From Spirochaetia bacterium (lineage in GTDB: Bacteria; Spirochaetota; Spirochaetia; UBA9216), in contig OZ223269.1 of NCBI GenBank assembly GCA_965140585.1, positions 128,001 to 192,000 on the forward strand: a stretch of DNA of 64,000 nucleotides, given 5' to 3'. A program made the translations under genes and the position numbers. The notes under the pieces are model-generated. The model saw only the letters and a program-made list of their open reading frames with translations, ran no database searches and had not been told where the DNA came from. The stretch's first letter is position 1; each line of letters opens with the position of its first letter. Of this stretch, positions 49,498 through 59,399 are shown in pieces.

Positions 49498-50640
49498 ATG
49501 GCCAGTCTATTTTTTGAAAACCCTATTCCCCAAACCGACCTTACAAAGCGTCTTCATGCCAGAGATCGAGATCTTCGATCGGCATATTTCCGTGATACCA
49601 CGGCAATTATTCACAGTTATCCATTCAGAAGGCTGAAGCACAAAACCCAGGTATTCTTTTCTCCCCATAACGATCATATATGTACCCGAATAGAGCATGT
49701 GATGCATGTAGCCTCGGTTGCTGCAACAATCTGCAGAGCTCTGGATCTTGATGCTGATCTTGCCTGGGCAATCGGTCTTGGGCATGATCTTGGACATACT
49801 CCCTTCGGGCATGTCGGAGAGACCATTCTTTCAGATCTGATGAAGGAGAAAGGCGGATTCAAGCATGAGATATATTCACTGCGGGTTGTAGACCATCTTG
49901 CAGGTTATGGAAAGGGCCTGAACCTTACCTACGCGGTCAGAGACGGCATTTTAAACCACTGCGGTGAAAAATTCGAGCAGTCAATGGTTCCTGATTTTAC
50001 TGTCAAAAATCTGTCAGAGATTAAAACCCGTGAGAATTATCCTGCATCCTGGGAAGGCGTTGTGGTGCGTATGTCGGATAAGATAGCCTATATGGGCCGT
50101 GATCTTGAAGATGCAATGCACCTGAAGATTATTAGCCAGGAAGATATTCCTGAAGATGTTACAAGGGTGCTCGGCAACAGCAACAGCGAGATTATCAACT
50201 CGATGGTAAATGATCTTATTGCTACTTCTCTGGAAACCGGCCGGATCGGCTTTTCTGATGACATTTTCAAGGCAATGCTTGTTCTTGTCGAGTTCAACTA
50301 CCGCAGAATCTATAAGAATCCTCTGCTTTCCACATATCACGGTTACTTTGAAAGGATGCTGAAGGTCCTGTTTGAATATCTGACTGACCTGTTCGAGAAC
50401 GGCGGTGAGAATACAGGGCATTACCGTTCTGAAAATAATTTTCTGGCAGCCCGATTCGGAGATTACTACCGGAAGATGAAAGACTTCTATCAGGAAGTCG
50501 ATGGTAATATGGATATGATTGTCTATGATTATATAGCCGGAATGTCAGATGATTATGCCATCAGCTGTGTGAATGAAATAATGGTGCCCAGGAAGTTTGA
50601 ATATCAGTTCACAGAGTTTCTTCTGCAGGAAGACTATTAG
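49498..50640 (+). CDS. dgt: dGTP triphosphohydrolase-like HD protein
   Basis: FRRLKHKTQVF, TRIEH, GHDLGHTPFGH, DYIAGMSD. Confidence 0.88.
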   Translation: MASLFFENPIPQTDLTKRLHARDRDLRSAYFRDTTAIIHSYPFRRLKHKTQVFFSPHNDHICTRIEHVMHVASVAATICRALDLDADLAWAIGLGHDLGHTPFGHVGETILSDLMKEKGGFKHEIYSLRVVDHLAGYGKGLNLTYAVRDGILNHCGEKFEQSMVPDFTVKNLSEIKTRENYPASWEGVVVRMSDKIAYMGRDLEDAMHLKIISQEDIPEDVTRVLGNSNSEIINSMVNDLIATSLETGRIGFSDDIFKAMLVLVEFNYRRIYKNPLLSTYHGYFERMLKVLFEYLTDLFENGGENTGHYRSENNFLAARFGDYYRKMKDFYQEVDGNMDMIVYDYIAGMSDDYAISCVNEIMVPRKFEYQFTEFLLQEDY

Positions 50641-51338
50641 TTGTTGTATTTTACCATGCAGTTGATTCCTGCCTCTTCTACGATAGTTTTCAGCCGGTCA
50701 AGATATACAGCATCTGCAGCATTCAGCCTGGAATAGTCCGGATCAAGAGTGTTCCCGGGTCTGAACCCCTGAATTACAAAATTCTCCTCACCGTTAAGAA
50801 GTTTTACAATTTCTCTGATATCGTCTGAAGTGACAAGCTCCGGTACTGCTGTGGTTCTGAAGTGATGGGCAATTCCGGAGTTTTTGATTATTCCGATTGA
50901 TTCAAGAATCCTGTCCTTGATCTCATTCCTGCTGCCCGTATAGCCCATAACAGCATAGCGTGACGGGGCTGTTTTGATATCCATGGCAATGTAGTCGGCC
51001 TTAAGTGTTTTAAGCTTGTCAGGAAGTGCCCCGTTTGTATCCACTTTAACCTTGTAGCCGAGGGAATGCAGTTCCTCTATCATTTCATCAAGATCGCTGT
51101 GAATCATCGGTTCCCCGCCTGATATACAGACGCCTCCGAGAAGTCCCTGGCGTTTTTTAAGGTATTCGATTATTTCAGACCAGGTAAGAAGGCCTTCTCT
51201 GTCATCTCCGCAGACAAGGCCCGGATTATGACAGTAGGGGCATCTCATATTGCATCCCCGGGTAAAGACTGTTGCTGCAACCTTTCCCGGGTAATCAAGA
51301 AGTGTAGTCCGGGTAAGCCCGAACAGTTTTTCCTGCAT
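50637..51338 (-). CDS. nrdG: anaerobic ribonucleotide reductase activase (radical SAM)
   Basis: DYPGK, GCNMRCPYCHN, SGGEP, DTNG. Confidence 0.92.
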   Translation of the reverse strand: MQEKLFGLTRTTLLDYPGKVAATVFTRGCNMRCPYCHNPGLVCGDDREGLLTWSEIIEYLKKRQGLLGGVCISGGEPMIHSDLDEMIEELHSLGYKVKVDTNGALPDKLKTLKADYIAMDIKTAPSRYAVMGYTGSRNEIKDRILESIGIIKNSGIAHHFRTTAVPELVTSDDIREIVKLLNGEENFVIQGFRPGNTLDPDYSRLNAADAVYLDRLKTIVEEAGINCMVKYNN

Positions 51339-51341
51339 TTT

Positions 51342-51869
51342 TTAAACTAAAACTTCAGTAAAAAGTGACTTCAGTGAATCAACACTTGTGGCTCTGTAGA
51401 GCTCATTTCCGGATTCATCGATGAAGACAACAGTAGGTGATACAAAAATTCTGTATTTTCCTGCCAGTTCAAATCCTGATTTTTCATCTACATTAACTGT
51501 TTTTCCATTCATGTAGAAACCCTCAAGCCAGTTCTTTACGGGCGGACAGTTGGGACATGTAGTCCTGTAAAAGTAAATATATGAAGAAGGCTGAACTGAT
51601 GTTTCCTGCTGAAGGAAAGATGCGGGGCTCTGATCAGTGTATGTAGCAGTGCTGATAGCGGTTCCGGCGGCTTCTCTCACAGAAGGCTTGTCGGGCTGGG
51701 AAAAAAGTGTTCTGTGGTTGTACTCGTCTCTTTTACCCTTGTTCCAGTTCCTTACAGACCGGTAGTACCCTACAATCCTGGTATACACTTCGGTTTCGGT
51801 TCCCTTAACGGTCTGAAGCTTGTCCTTCAGTGTTCTGATTTCTTTTTCAATAGTCTCAATAGTTTTCAT
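51342..51869 (-). CDS. stand-alone NrdD glycyl-radical domain fused to a thioredoxin/glutaredoxin-like domain, 175 aa
   Basis: Own GGGAG RBS and ATG at 51869; EVYTRIVGYYRSVRNWNKGK Gly-radical loop; CPNC and a VSPT cis-Pro-like motif. Confidence 0.9.
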   Translation of the reverse strand: MKTIETIEKEIRTLKDKLQTVKGTETEVYTRIVGYYRSVRNWNKGKRDEYNHRTLFSQPDKPSVREAAGTAISTATYTDQSPASFLQQETSVQPSSYIYFYRTTCPNCPPVKNWLEGFYMNGKTVNVDEKSGFELAGKYRIFVSPTVVFIDESGNELYRATSVDSLKSLFTEVLV

Positions 51870-51882
51870 AATGTTCTCCCAG

Positions 51883-53997
51883 TTATCTGTTTTCTGCTCC
51901 CAAGAGCGATGATTTTTCTTTCTCAAGCTGTTCAATATTCTTTGCAATTTCCGCTTTTTCCTCATCAGCGCATTTCGGACAGTTGAAATGTTCGCCGTTA
52001 AGGTAGCCGTGCTTCGGACATACCGAAAATGTCGGTGATATTGTGAAGTAGGGCAGGTGGTAGTTGCTTGCGATACCTCTCACAAGGTTCATGCATGATT
52101 CCCAGTCATCAATTGCTTCACCGAGGAATCCGTGGAAAACCGTTCCTCCGGTATACTTAATCTGAAGTTCATCTTGCAGATCGAGTGCTTCAAAGATGTC
52201 GGTTGTAAAATCGACCGGAAGCTGTGAAGAATTGGTGTAGTATGGGTCGTCTGTACCTGCAGTGATGATATCCGGGTATCTCTGCTTGTCATGTTTTGCA
52301 AGACGGTAGCTTGTACTTTCAGCCGGTGTAGCTTCGAGGTTGTAGAGATCGCCTGTTTTTTCCTGATAATCAGCAAGTCTGTCTCTCATGAAATCAAGGA
52401 CCTCAAGTGCAAACTCTTTGCCCTCGGTATCAAGAATATCCTTCCCCATGAAGTTAAGCAGACACTCGTTCATTCCGCAGATACCGATTGTTGAGAAATG
52501 GTTGTTAAGATGTGACAGATAACGCTTTGTATAGGGAAAGAGTCCCGAATCCATCAGTCTGTTTACAACTTTTCTTTTCATTGAAAGCGATTCCGCGGCA
52601 AGATCCATAAGGTGGGCAAGTCTGCTGAAGAAATCGTTTCTTGAATTGGAGAGATATCCTATTTTCGGCAGGTTAATAGTGACAACACCTATCGATCCTG
52701 TGAACTCGTCTGAGCCGAAAAGGCCGCCGCCTCTTTTTCGAAGTTCTCTCTTGTCAAGCTGAAGTCTGCAGCACATTGAACGTACATCACCGGGGTTGAG
52801 ATCTGAATTGATAAAATTCTGAAAGTAGGGCGTACCGTATTTTGCAGTCATTTCAAACAGAAGTTTGGCATTAGGTGATGTCCAGTTGAAATTCTTTGTT
52901 ATGTTGTACGTAGGAATGGGGTATTGGAATCCGCGTCCGTTTGCATCACCGGTAATCATAAGCTCAATGAATGCCTTGTTGATTATATCCATTTCATCCT
53001 GACAGTCGCCGTAGGTGAAATCCATTTCCTTTCCGCCTACGATTGCAGGTTTATCCTTCAGATCGTCGGGTACTATCCAGTCGAGTGTGATGTTTGTAAA
53101 AGGTGCCTGACTTCCCCATCTTGAAGGTGTATTAACTCCGAAGATAAAGCTCTGAAGACCCTGTTTTACTTCCTTGTGTGACAGCTCATCAGCCTTTACA
53201 AAGGGCGCAAGATATGTGTCGAAGCTTGAAAGTGCCTGAGCTCCGGCCCATTCGTTCTGCATGATTCCGAGGAAATTTACTATCTGCTGAATCAGTGTTG
53301 AAAGGTGGGCTGCCGGCAGCGATGTGATCTTGTCCGGTACTCCGCCGAGTCCTTCCTGTATAAGCTGTCTGAGCGACCATCCGGCACAGTAGCCTGAAAA
53401 CATGGATAAATCATGAATATGAAAATCCGCGTTTCTGTGTGCTTCGGCTACTTCTTCCCTGTAGATATTTTTCAGCCAGTAGTTTGCTGTAATTGTACCG
53501 GAGTTATGCAGAATCAGGCCTCCCAGTGAGAAGTTGACGTTTGCGTTTTCATTTACACGCCAGTCAGACTGCTGCAGGTAGCCGTCCATGGTGTTGTTGA
53601 TGTCGAGCATGAGTTTCCTGGTGTCACGGATAACTTCATGTCTGGCACGATAGATTATGTATGCCTTTGCAATATCAACCTGTCCTGATTCAACAAGAAT
53701 GTGCTCTACTATATCCTGAATCTCTTCGATTGCAGGCGCAGAATTTGGGTGTCGTCCCTTCATGAATGATTTTAGCGCTGTTTCAACCCGGCAGGTCAGA
53801 TCTTCCACCAACTCAGGATTTTCAGATTCCTGAGCTGCAGAGACAGCCCTTCCGATTGCGCTTGCGATTTTCCATCTGTCATACTGTTCAATTTTTCCGT
53901 CGCGTTTGACTATTCGCCTTATTACCGCTTCAATTGCAGGCTTGTGTTCAACGCCAAGGAAATCTTTCCAGTCGTTTTCATTTTTACTGAAATCCAA
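51883..53997 (-). CDS. nrdD: class III ribonucleoside-triphosphate reductase catalytic subunit, lacking the Gly-radical loop
   Basis: ATP-cone IVKRDG, HIHDL, GYCAG, RSMCCRL, EATPAES, YYTNS, CPKH...CPKC; no RxxGY at the C-terminus. Confidence 0.95.
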   Translation of the reverse strand: MDFSKNENDWKDFLGVEHKPAIEAVIRRIVKRDGKIEQYDRWKIASAIGRAVSAAQESENPELVEDLTCRVETALKSFMKGRHPNSAPAIEEIQDIVEHILVESGQVDIAKAYIIYRARHEVIRDTRKLMLDINNTMDGYLQQSDWRVNENANVNFSLGGLILHNSGTITANYWLKNIYREEVAEAHRNADFHIHDLSMFSGYCAGWSLRQLIQEGLGGVPDKITSLPAAHLSTLIQQIVNFLGIMQNEWAGAQALSSFDTYLAPFVKADELSHKEVKQGLQSFIFGVNTPSRWGSQAPFTNITLDWIVPDDLKDKPAIVGGKEMDFTYGDCQDEMDIINKAFIELMITGDANGRGFQYPIPTYNITKNFNWTSPNAKLLFEMTAKYGTPYFQNFINSDLNPGDVRSMCCRLQLDKRELRKRGGGLFGSDEFTGSIGVVTINLPKIGYLSNSRNDFFSRLAHLMDLAAESLSMKRKVVNRLMDSGLFPYTKRYLSHLNNHFSTIGICGMNECLLNFMGKDILDTEGKEFALEVLDFMRDRLADYQEKTGDLYNLEATPAESTSYRLAKHDKQRYPDIITAGTDDPYYTNSSQLPVDFTTDIFEALDLQDELQIKYTGGTVFHGFLGEAIDDWESCMNLVRGIASNYHLPYFTISPTFSVCPKHGYLNGEHFNCPKCADEEKAEIAKNIEQLEKEKSSLLGAENR

Positions 53998-54012
53998 TTC
54001 TCCCCCCCGAGT

Positions 54013-54468
54013 TTAGAATTTTAACTTTTTAATTTCATCGACAAACTGCTGAACATCGGCATATTTCCGGTACACTGATGCAAACCTTACATAGGCAACG
54101 CTGTCTATATTGTAGAGTTTTTCCAGTGCAAGTTCTCCGAGTGCTTCAGCTGAAACCTCATGGCTGCTTTTACCCAGCATATAGGCTTCGTCTTCTATCG
54201 ATGTCAGTATTTCTGCAACAGTTTCTGCAGGAACAGGACGTTTTTCCAGAGAGCGTTCCAGACCTCTTGCTATCTTGCTGATATCAAAGGGTTCCCTGAC
54301 TCCGCTCCTTTTAATAACCATCAGCGGCTGTTCCTCGATCCGTTCGTAGGAGGTGAACCTGTATGAACATGACAGACACTCGCGCCTTCTTCGGATTGAA
54401 TTGGCCGTTGCTGACTGTCTTGATTCCAGAACTCTGTCGTTATCTTCTCCGCATCGCGGACATCTCAT
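54013..54468 (-). CDS. nrdR: transcriptional repressor NrdR
   Basis: MRCPRC...ESR...IRRRREC..C..RFTSYE, AYVRFASVY. Confidence 0.97.
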   Translation of the reverse strand: MRCPRCGEDNDRVLESRQSATANSIRRRRECLSCSYRFTSYERIEEQPLMVIKRSGVREPFDISKIARGLERSLEKRPVPAETVAEILTSIEDEAYMLGKSSHEVSAEALGELALEKLYNIDSVAYVRFASVYRKYADVQQFVDEIKKLKF

Positions 54469-54521
54469 TTAAAAATCCTGATCTTTAATAGTACTGTCTG
54501 TTATTATTATCGGAATTTTGT

Positions 54522-54580
54522 CCACTATATATAGTGCGTTATCCAATAGTCTGCCAATTTTATCACGCTATATATTGGGT
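54522..54580. promoter_or_regulatory. two NrdR boxes
   Basis: CCACTATATATAGTGC at 54522-54537 and ACGCTATATATTGGGT at 54565-54580 match acaCwAtATaTwGtgt. Confidence 0.85.
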
Positions 54581-54647
54581 GGCAATAGAAATTGTTAAGA
54601 AAATATTAATATATTGTTTGAATTTTAAGAGGGTGTATAAACACTTG

Positions 54648-55355
54648 TTAGTCTGTAAAATCAGAGTCGGAAACAGCGATGGTTCCGGTTGTTGTGAGGT
54701 TGCCGAATATATGAACTATACCTTCGAATACTGTAGTGTATGATACGGATCCGCTGTCCTCGGCTGTTACAGTTGCAGAAAGCCTGTAGTCTGTACCGCT
54801 GTCCCCGGTATAAGTCATTGTGTAGGGAGCAGTTATTATCGATCCCTCTATAAGGGTTGTCGGGCTTGTAAGGCCCTTGTATAGGCTCCAGCTTACACTG
54901 CTTATGCTTAGTGCTGAAGTAACTGCTGATGTATCAAGGCTGATGCTGATATCGCCGATCGTGCTTAGCAGGTCAAGCGTTATGCTTTGCTCGGATGTGG
55001 TCCCGGCGACAACATCCACAGATATCTCCGCAGATTCGGCTACTATTGTATCATCTTCAAGTTCAGCACTTACCTGAATCACCCAGGTACCGTGGCTCAG
55101 AAGAAGCGCTCCTGATGTTCCGGTAAATATCTGATCCTCTTCGGAGACGGCTTCTCCGTTGAAAGAAATAAATGAAACCCTGTACTGCGATATTGCAAGC
55201 TCAGGAGAAATAGTAGCAAATCGGGAAGTCTCACCTGTGTCAACTATGAAATCAAGGCCTATGCCTCCGGGCAGGGCGGATTCACCGCCCATGCATGAGG
55301 CTGAAATAAATATCGTCAATATAATTAGTACTGTGGCCGCAGTTCGTTTAATCAT
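54648..55355 (-). CDS. Ser/Thr-rich putative lipoprotein
   Basis: Signal peptide ending ISASC; beta-rich, acidic sequence. Confidence 0.75.
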   Translation of the reverse strand: MIKRTAATVLIILTIFISASCMGGESALPGGIGLDFIVDTGETSRFATISPELAISQYRVSFISFNGEAVSEEDQIFTGTSGALLLSHGTWVIQVSAELEDDTIVAESAEISVDVVAGTTSEQSITLDLLSTIGDISISLDTSAVTSALSISSVSWSLYKGLTSPTTLIEGSIITAPYTMTYTGDSGTDYRLSATVTAEDSGSVSYTTVFEGIVHIFGNLTTTGTIAVSDSDFTD

Positions 55356-55385
55356 AGCTAAAACAGTTTCTCTAATTACGCTCTG

Positions 55386-56426
55386 CTAGTCAACCACAAT
55401 AAACCTTAGAGTGTCAGAATAGTAGCTGCCGTCGCTCTGTACGTAGACTGTTAGATGATATACGCCGGGAGTCAGTGCTGTAGTATCGATAGTAGTATTG
55501 TTAGTGCCGTCGCTTGCTGACAGATCAAAACCGGTCAGTGACCATATATAATCAGTATATCCACTCTGAACATATGCATTGAAAGTATCAGTGTCGTTAT
55601 CGTAGATCTCATCATCTGGAAGTGCGGTGCTTCCATCTGAGGTGAAGTTTATAGTCTCATCAGCCGGGGTAATAACAGTTAGTGTGATTTCCACGGTGCC
55701 TGTTGTGTCTCCGATGAAGTCTTCATAATCATAGGTTATTGTGCCTGAAGTTACAATATTGTCACGTACCTGGACAGAGACCGGAACAGATAGAACCCCT
55801 GCAGAATGGGTAAGATTGACGGTGAACTGGTAATCACCCGAGGTTATACCGTTTGAATCTAAACCCAGATTGGTATAGGTTACACTTCCGGAACCAATTC
55901 CGGATGTGATAAGTGTTCCGTTTGTTTCTTCTGTACCGGTTGACGTATAGATGAGTGAAGCGGTGGCTGTAATAACTGTTATTCCTGAACTCGCCCAGCT
56001 TACAGTAAGTGAATCAATAAAGCCGGTACTGGATGAGGTTGCAGCAAGTGTTGCAGAAGCTGATGTTGTACTGCCGGTGGTTATGGTGAATGATGCAATT
56101 GTTCCGGAGACTATTGCAACTCCGGCAGCAGTGGGATCCGCATCATAACCTGTCACTGTAGCAGCGTATGAGCCTGGCAGCATTTCTATTCCTGAAGCCG
56201 CTTCAGCTGTTGTGTAGGTGTGAGTGAAATCTTCAGTTCCGGTAAAGACAATAGTTAAATAGGCAACATCTCCCTCAGTAAGTCCATATAAAAGAGTTGT
56301 GCCGCGACTGTTTGAATAATCAAGGTTAAGTTCTAATGTGCCAAGCACTGAAGCCGGCGCTTCAAGAAAACAGGACGAAAGGAATACTATTGTAATAACA
56401 ACGATGATAGATAGTTTTTTTAACAT
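55386..56426 (-). CDS. Thr-rich putative surface lipoprotein (Ig-like domains)
   Basis: MLKKL...FLSSC lipobox; PGSYAATVTGY and PGVYHLTV strands. Confidence 0.78.
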   Translation of the reverse strand: MLKKLSIIVVITIVFLSSCFLEAPASVLGTLELNLDYSNSRGTTLLYGLTEGDVAYLTIVFTGTEDFTHTYTTAEAASGIEMLPGSYAATVTGYDADPTAAGVAIVSGTIASFTITTGSTTSASATLAATSSSTGFIDSLTVSWASSGITVITATASLIYTSTGTEETNGTLITSGIGSGSVTYTNLGLDSNGITSGDYQFTVNLTHSAGVLSVPVSVQVRDNIVTSGTITYDYEDFIGDTTGTVEITLTVITPADETINFTSDGSTALPDDEIYDNDTDTFNAYVQSGYTDYIWSLTGFDLSASDGTNNTTIDTTALTPGVYHLTVYVQSDGSYYSDTLRFIVVD

Positions 56427-56529
56427 GATAAGCCCCCCCTGACTTAGTTTTGATAACAAATAGTATATACCCGGGCAGTGGAGATCAGAAGTATGAGAAT
56501 GAAAGTTTAGATTAAAATACTACTAAAGT

Positions 56530-58161
56530 TTATGCCAATCTAGTAGCAGCCTTCTCAAAGGCTGATGATGCCGGCCGGAAGGGGAATCCCACAATAACTC
56601 CGAGACCGCTGTTTACTGTATTATGAAGAAAGGTTGAGAGCAGTTTCAGGTAAACATCCTTCTTTATACCGCTGCTGTCTCTGAATAGAAGGCCTGCAGT
56701 TCCGAAAGTTTCGACAATGGCTGCTGTCTGTTTGAGAATAACCGGAAACAGGGTATTAAGCAGTTTGATGTATGAGCTTTTATAGCTTTTCTCTTCGTTT
56801 ATAAGCTGAAGAATCTGGCTGTGTTTGTCACGGACGGTTTCGCCTCTGGAATTTTTGCGGTTCGGAATAAAACCGGTGATGATTCCGGCAACTGTTGGTG
56901 ATGAGAGCAGTTTCAGAAGTGAAAAATCAAAGAGCAGAAGGCCTGCTGTGTTTACTATATATGCGCTGTGATTATTCCGCTCATCGTGGAGCCTGGCAAG
57001 CAGTATACTTATTCTTCGATCCACGGCTTTCAGTGCCGAGCTGCTGTTTCCGCTGTAAAACAGACGGTTTTCATTACCCAGACCATCCATGGTCTTCCTC
57101 ACCAGCCCTGCAGTGTTGACCAGGTCGGACATCAGCCCGTCTTCAGAAGTGCGTTTTAGCAGATCTGTCACCGCAGCCCGTTCTCCTTCGGTGAATAGAT
57201 TTATTCCGCCTTCACGGACTGAATTCATGTAGTCACCGGCCGCGGAGCTGAGAACCTTTGTTTCAAGGATTACGTATATATATTCCGAAAGCTTTGCATA
57301 GTATTTCTCTATATCGCTGATGTATGGATTCAGATGGATGAAATGCTTTATAAGTGAACCCGCCTGTGCCGGGAGTTCTGCCGAATAACTAATCTCGTTG
57401 ATTCTTTCCTCCATCAGAAAATCGATCCTTTCACTCATCTGAGCCAGGATGTTTACTGTCAGGGAGGGAGTACTCTGCAGAAGATCCATTGCAGGGTCAT
57501 TCGGGATGAACGCTATATCATTCATTGTAACAGAGTCAAAATCAAAACGATCCTCTTCTGCAACATTGCGGTTATAGTTGCCCGGCAAATCCCCCGGGTC
57601 AAATCCTGCGGTTGTTATACCGCTGTACTTGTTGTGCCAGAGCAGATACTCAATCTCTATACCGCTTTCAACAGCCTTTTTAATATAAGCGCCTGATGCA
57701 GCATGAGATGTCGGTTCATCATTGGTTACGACAATGAGCTTTCTGCTGTGCTTAAGGAAAACAAGGTTTTCCTCATAGAGACTTCCAGCGGGAAGGTCCA
57801 GAATAAGTCTGTCGTATTTGCGTTCAAGAGTTTCTGTGATTTCAAGAAAATTATTATAGAATTCACCGCCGGCTTTTTCGGCTTTACTGTCCGGAAAGAT
57901 AAGATCCAGATTTGGAAGGACATTTATACTGATTCGATCTGAACCGGATTTCTTAAGTACTGCCTCTGATTCATGAATATCCAGCAGGGTGGCTATATCA
58001 GAAAGCGGATCAAGATCAAGCAGTGCGGTCTTCTTTCCGGAACGGGCAAAAAAGACGGCCAGGTTTACACAGGTGGTTGTTTTTCCGACCCCGCCCTTAC
58101 CTGAAGCTACAGCAATTGTTTTTTCTTTAAGTATATCCGCATCTGTTTTTATCTTTTCCAT
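56530..58161 (-). CDS. MinD/FlhG/ParA-type ATPase with a long C-terminal extension
   Basis: [30 protein letters not shown]. Confidence 0.85.
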   Translation of the reverse strand: MEKIKTDADILKEKTIAVASGKGGVGKTTTCVNLAVFFARSGKKTALLDLDPLSDIATLLDIHESEAVLKKSGSDRISINVLPNLDLIFPDSKAEKAGGEFYNNFLEITETLERKYDRLILDLPAGSLYEENLVFLKHSRKLIVVTNDEPTSHAASGAYIKKAVESGIEIEYLLWHNKYSGITTAGFDPGDLPGNYNRNVAEEDRFDFDSVTMNDIAFIPNDPAMDLLQSTPSLTVNILAQMSERIDFLMEERINEISYSAELPAQAGSLIKHFIHLNPYISDIEKYYAKLSEYIYVILETKVLSSAAGDYMNSVREGGINLFTEGERAAVTDLLKRTSEDGLMSDLVNTAGLVRKTMDGLGNENRLFYSGNSSSALKAVDRRISILLARLHDERNNHSAYIVNTAGLLLFDFSLLKLLSSPTVAGIITGFIPNRKNSRGETVRDKHSQILQLINEEKSYKSSYIKLLNTLFPVILKQTAAIVETFGTAGLLFRDSSGIKKDVYLKLLSTFLHNTVNSGLGVIVGFPFRPASSAFEKAATRLA

Positions 58162-58224
58162 AATTCTTTATCGGAAAAGAAAACCGCTTTTTAGAGTGCG
58201 GGTTTTGGATTATAATAACAAAAT

Positions 58225-59391
58225 ATGAAATCATTACCCGGAAAGATCCTTCTGATGTTAATTTTCCCTTCTGCGCTGCTGTTTGCGGCTCCTGATTATG
58301 TTTCTGTGTACAAATCAGCCTCCGAGGCGATGCTTGGGCGGGCTTCTTCAAGAGCCTCCGTTATAAGCGTACCCCTGAATGATTTCGACAGGTCTGAAAC
58401 CCTGCCTGTAAATGGTGAAGATGGTATCAGCACATGTGTCATGATAGATGCCTCTGTAAAGGATGCTGTGGAAGTACTGCTTGAAAAGCGTGATTTTATT
58501 CTTATCGAAGGTTCAGTCATTTCCAGAGAGGCTTCAGGTGATGACTACATATATACCTTTACCTGGGATCAATACGGATTCTCTGTAAAGTTCGGCTTTG
58601 AGCATAATCTCGAAATAATTGAACCGGTGATTAATACCGCATACCCGGATAACTCATATCTTTCCGGGGCTGTTCTCCGGGACTTTTCAGATAACTACAG
58701 TCTGAAAATTTATGAGGCTGAGGATGTTCTGAAACCCTATGACGGCAAGCCGGATTTTATCGAAGCAATGCTTTCGGCAACCGTAATAGGAAGCACCTTC
58801 CAGCCCATGCTTGGTGTGCGTGACGGTCTTGGGGTGCTTAACCAGCTTGGACTTGCGGTATCCAGTTCAGGTGTTCTTGAACATCCTGAACTTTACGAGT
58901 ACAGGAAGTTCCGTCAGGCGGGTGATGAAATATATTCCTTTATTTATCGTATTATGGGCATGGAGGGTGATTTTATAACCAATCTTTTCAATACTGTAAC
59001 CGGAATATCTCTGAAAGAACCCGACGATGGTATTGTAATGCTTCCGGAAGACTTCTATGTTCTCCGTAAGGGGGACAATACTGATTATTCAATGTTTTTC
59101 TATGATATTTTAAAACGTGCCGGTTATGAAGTTAAATTTATAGTCATTGACCCGGGTGAAGAGTCCGGAGCCTTGTACAGCACTGTTTTCTTCCTGGAAG
59201 AGGGGGGGGAGCAATGGGGCCGGATAGACAGCTATAGTCTTGACCGGTATTTCGCTGAACGCTGGAAAAGGCTTCCCGCACTTGTCTTCAGTTCAACAGT
59301 CCGCTATTTTGAGCCTGATACGGATAGAATTTTCCAAAGCGGTATGATTGAGCTTCCTCCCCCGTCCCAGTGGCATACAGCCCTTTACTGA
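58225..59391 (+). CDS. exported hypothetical protein with a degenerate transglutaminase-like segment
   Basis: Signal peptide; RKGDNTDYSMFF; TATAAT 8 nt before the ATG. Confidence 0.65.
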   Translation: MKSLPGKILLMLIFPSALLFAAPDYVSVYKSASEAMLGRASSRASVISVPLNDFDRSETLPVNGEDGISTCVMIDASVKDAVEVLLEKRDFILIEGSVISREASGDDYIYTFTWDQYGFSVKFGFEHNLEIIEPVINTAYPDNSYLSGAVLRDFSDNYSLKIYEAEDVLKPYDGKPDFIEAMLSATVIGSTFQPMLGVRDGLGVLNQLGLAVSSSGVLEHPELYEYRKFRQAGDEIYSFIYRIMGMEGDFITNLFNTVTGISLKEPDDGIVMLPEDFYVLRKGDNTDYSMFFYDILKRAGYEVKFIVIDPGEESGALYSTVFFLEEGGEQWGRIDSYSLDRYFAERWKRLPALVFSSTVRYFEPDTDRIFQSGMIELPPPSQWHTALY

Positions 59392-59399
59392 GGCAGTTC

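Noticed and set aside
51870-51965. N-terminal extension (MRKKRK...) of the 207-aa ORF, or a programmed frameshift fusing it to NrdD
   Set aside because: A good RBS and ATG at 51869 explain the gene. The overlap is more simply an alternative frame of the NrdD tail, though frameshifting cannot be strictly excluded without proteomics.
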